DNA of 64,000 bases from an uncultured delta proteobacterium (GTDB lineage Bacteria > Desulfobacterota > Desulfobacteria > Desulfobacterales > UBA2156), in NCBI GenBank assembly GCA_963736855.1, contig CAVTQK010000020.1, positions 64,001 through 128,000 of the forward strand, given 5' to 3'. The translations under genes and the position numbers were made by a program. The notes under the pieces were generated by a model. That model was not told the DNA's origin. It saw only the letters and a program-made list of their open reading frames with translations, and did no database searches. Positions 62,346-64,000 of this stretch are shown in pieces. Positions within the stretch are counted from its first letter, which is position 1. Each line of letters starts with the position of its first letter.

Positions 62346-64000
62346 ATGCAGAAAACCCTTCCATATCGGATTCTCATCATCGAGCCCCCTTGTTTGAGCC
62401 CATCGGCACCCTCCTGGATGGCCCTTTATCTGGCATCCTTTTTTGCCGACAGGGATATTCGACTCTTTATTTTTAATGCCAATCTCGATTATTATCGCCC
62501 AAAATCATCCAAAACCAAAACCGATATCGGGGTTTCAAAACACAGCCCTTATCCAGTGGCCACTTTTGCCTCGGAGGCCTGGCAGACGCTACAAACCCAA
62601 AATTTCTATCGGCCAGAAGTCTTTATTGCTGCTATCCGATCGTTGCAAAAACACTTTTTGGATTGCCGGAAAGAAAACAATTGTCATATTGCTCTTCACG
62701 ATCGGGTAGCCCGGCAAATCGTTTCCGTCGGACCCCATCTTCTGATTATTGCCGCCGATTCAACCCAACAGCTCCGGGAGGGTCATGCCCTTCTTAGCTT
62801 TGTCCGGAATTTTCAAAAGGACCTTCCGGCATTCCTAGCCTGCGGACCCGATGCTCAAACTCCCCTGGAATCCGGCGCCGACGGGATCATCACGCTTGAG
62901 GATCTGACCTCTTTGCCCCAGCGCATTCCCGGCCTTACGGGCCTGCCGGGGGCGCATTCCAAAAATCTCCCGGATATAACCCTCTTCCCTTTTGACAACT
63001 ATGCCGCACCGGATACGATTCTCGATTTGAGAGGTCTTTCCGGCGGCATGCCTGTCAATGAAACATCGCCTGAAGAACTTTACCGGTTGAAAATCAAGGG
63101 CGTTTTGCTTTTCGGATCCGATCTTTCCGTTTTGCCCAAAGGCTTTTTCCCCGACAAAGACCAGGATATTTCTTCATTGGGTATGGGTCTTCGAATACGC
63201 CTGCCCGGGAAGATTCCGCCGGAAGTCTTTTCGGATTACTACCATAGGGGGGTAAGAATGATCCTATGGATCCTAACATCGGACATCCCCGAAGAAATCG
63301 GTAATATCCTCTTTCATGCGTCGGCGGCAGGGATCTGGAATCATTTGGCGATTGAAAACCCGGATACCCCATCGGATCCGCTTTTGGATTTCATTGCGAA
63401 AAACCCCAACCTCGTCCACTCCTGGGGCAGCCTTTTACCGGAAGATTTTTTCTTAGACGGCGCATCCAAAACGCCTTTTTCTACCGCTTATAACCACATC
63501 ATCCCTATACCCGGGGTTCCCTTCCGGCATTTTCTTAAGGACCCGGTTTATCTCCTGTTATATCTTATTCACCACGGCGCCCAAAAGGTTATGCGATGGC
63601 AAGTCAGAAACGATGGTTCCGTTTACACGCTCGGTGAAGGAATCACCTATCATTTTGTCAAACCCGAAGATTTACCGCCCGGATATCTCGATATCATCTG
63701 CAGAATGGTGGAAGCCGGCGGCTCCGTCGACACGCAGTGGGTGAGATACAACATGGAACGGGCATTCCTGGTGGGGTATGCGGAAGAAGAAGGAATCATA
63801 GTAGGAAACTCCTCCCTGAAACACCCCAGGGAAGAATATCTGAAAAGCTTGAGCCAAAAAACGGGCTTCGAGTTTAGCGGTTATCTAGAGCGGGGGTACA
63901 CTTCGGTTCGTCCGGAATATCGGGGTCTGGGGATCGGAACAAAGCTTCTGGAAGGACTCACCGCCCGGATCGGGGATAAGAAGCTTTTTTCCATCATCGC
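62346..64000 (+). CDS. Degenerate B12-binding/radical-SAM-like scaffold fused to a C-terminal GNAT acetyltransferase; runs off the window edge
   Basis: Manual translation gives 551 uninterrupted codons (missing from the ORF track): MQKTLPYRILIIEPP...NANLDY...PFDNYAAP...AGIWNH...ERGYTSVRPEYRGLGIGTKLLEGL. Confidence 0.8.
   Translation, partial: MQKTLPYRILIIEPPCLSPSAPSWMALYLASFFADRDIRLFIFNANLDYYRPKSSKTKTDIGVSKHSPYPVATFASEAWQTLQTQNFYRPEVFIAAIRSLQKHFLDCRKENNCHIALHDRVARQIVSVGPHLLIIAADSTQQLREGHALLSFVRNFQKDLPAFLACGPDAQTPLESGADGIITLEDLTSLPQRIPGLTGLPGAHSKNLPDITLFPFDNYAAPDTILDLRGLSGGMPVNETSPEELYRLKIKGVLLFGSDLSVLPKGFFPDKDQDISSLGMGLRIRLPGKIPPEVFSDYYHRGVRMILWILTSDIPEEIGNILFHASAAGIWNHLAIENPDTPSDPLLDFIAKNPNLVHSWGSLLPEDFFLDGASKTPFSTAYNHIIPIPGVPFRHFLKDPVYLLLYLIHHGAQKVMRWQVRNDGSVYTLGEGITYHFVKPEDLPPGYLDIICRMVEAGGSVDTQWVRYNMERAFLVGYAEEEGIIVGNSSLKHPREEYLKSLSQKTGFEFSGYLERGYTSVRPEYRGLGIGTKLLEGLTARIGDKKLFSII

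Overview
This 64-kb window looks like a sulfate-reducing Desulfobacterota chromosome (Desulfobacterales-like, judged from gene content). The housekeeping and energy genes are proA (partial)/proB/obgE/rpmA/rplU, MOSC+fdhD, a complete dsrTMKJOP operon, pqiAABC, mce, an aminotransferase, a NifU-like protein, tgt/queA, gatB, an FG-GAP protein and a porin. A methylmalonyl-CoA/propionate cluster comprises sdhCAB, mutase, 12S and 5S-1.3S transcarboxylase-type subunits, and sucCD with coupled hypAB. Two accessory modules stand out. (1) 49.8-64 kb: a tightly coupled nine-gene operon encoding a Cya2-like class III cyclase (probably guanylyl), a non-catalytic FGE-fold exported protein, an NTT-like MFS-HEAT-cNMP fusion transporter, a divergent GshB-like ATP-grasp ligase and an Opp/Dpp peptide ABC importer. 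Facing it divergently is an unannotated ORF that fuses a degenerate B12/radical-SAM scaffold to a GNAT. (2) 10.9-20.5 kb: an NtrC-type activator flanked on both sides by sigma-54 promoters with matching enhancer-like palindromes. One promoter precedes a hybrid kinase; the other precedes an acyltransferase, a V4R/GAF kinase, an enolase-superfamily enzyme and a TtcA-like PP-loop enzyme, an arrangement resembling an autoinduction circuit. Two MITE-like elements with shared ends are present, and one extends the ProB C-terminus. Eight frameshifts at short base runs suggest assembly indel errors. No rRNA, tRNA or CRISPR array was seen. All calls come from reading motifs by eye; no database searches were run.
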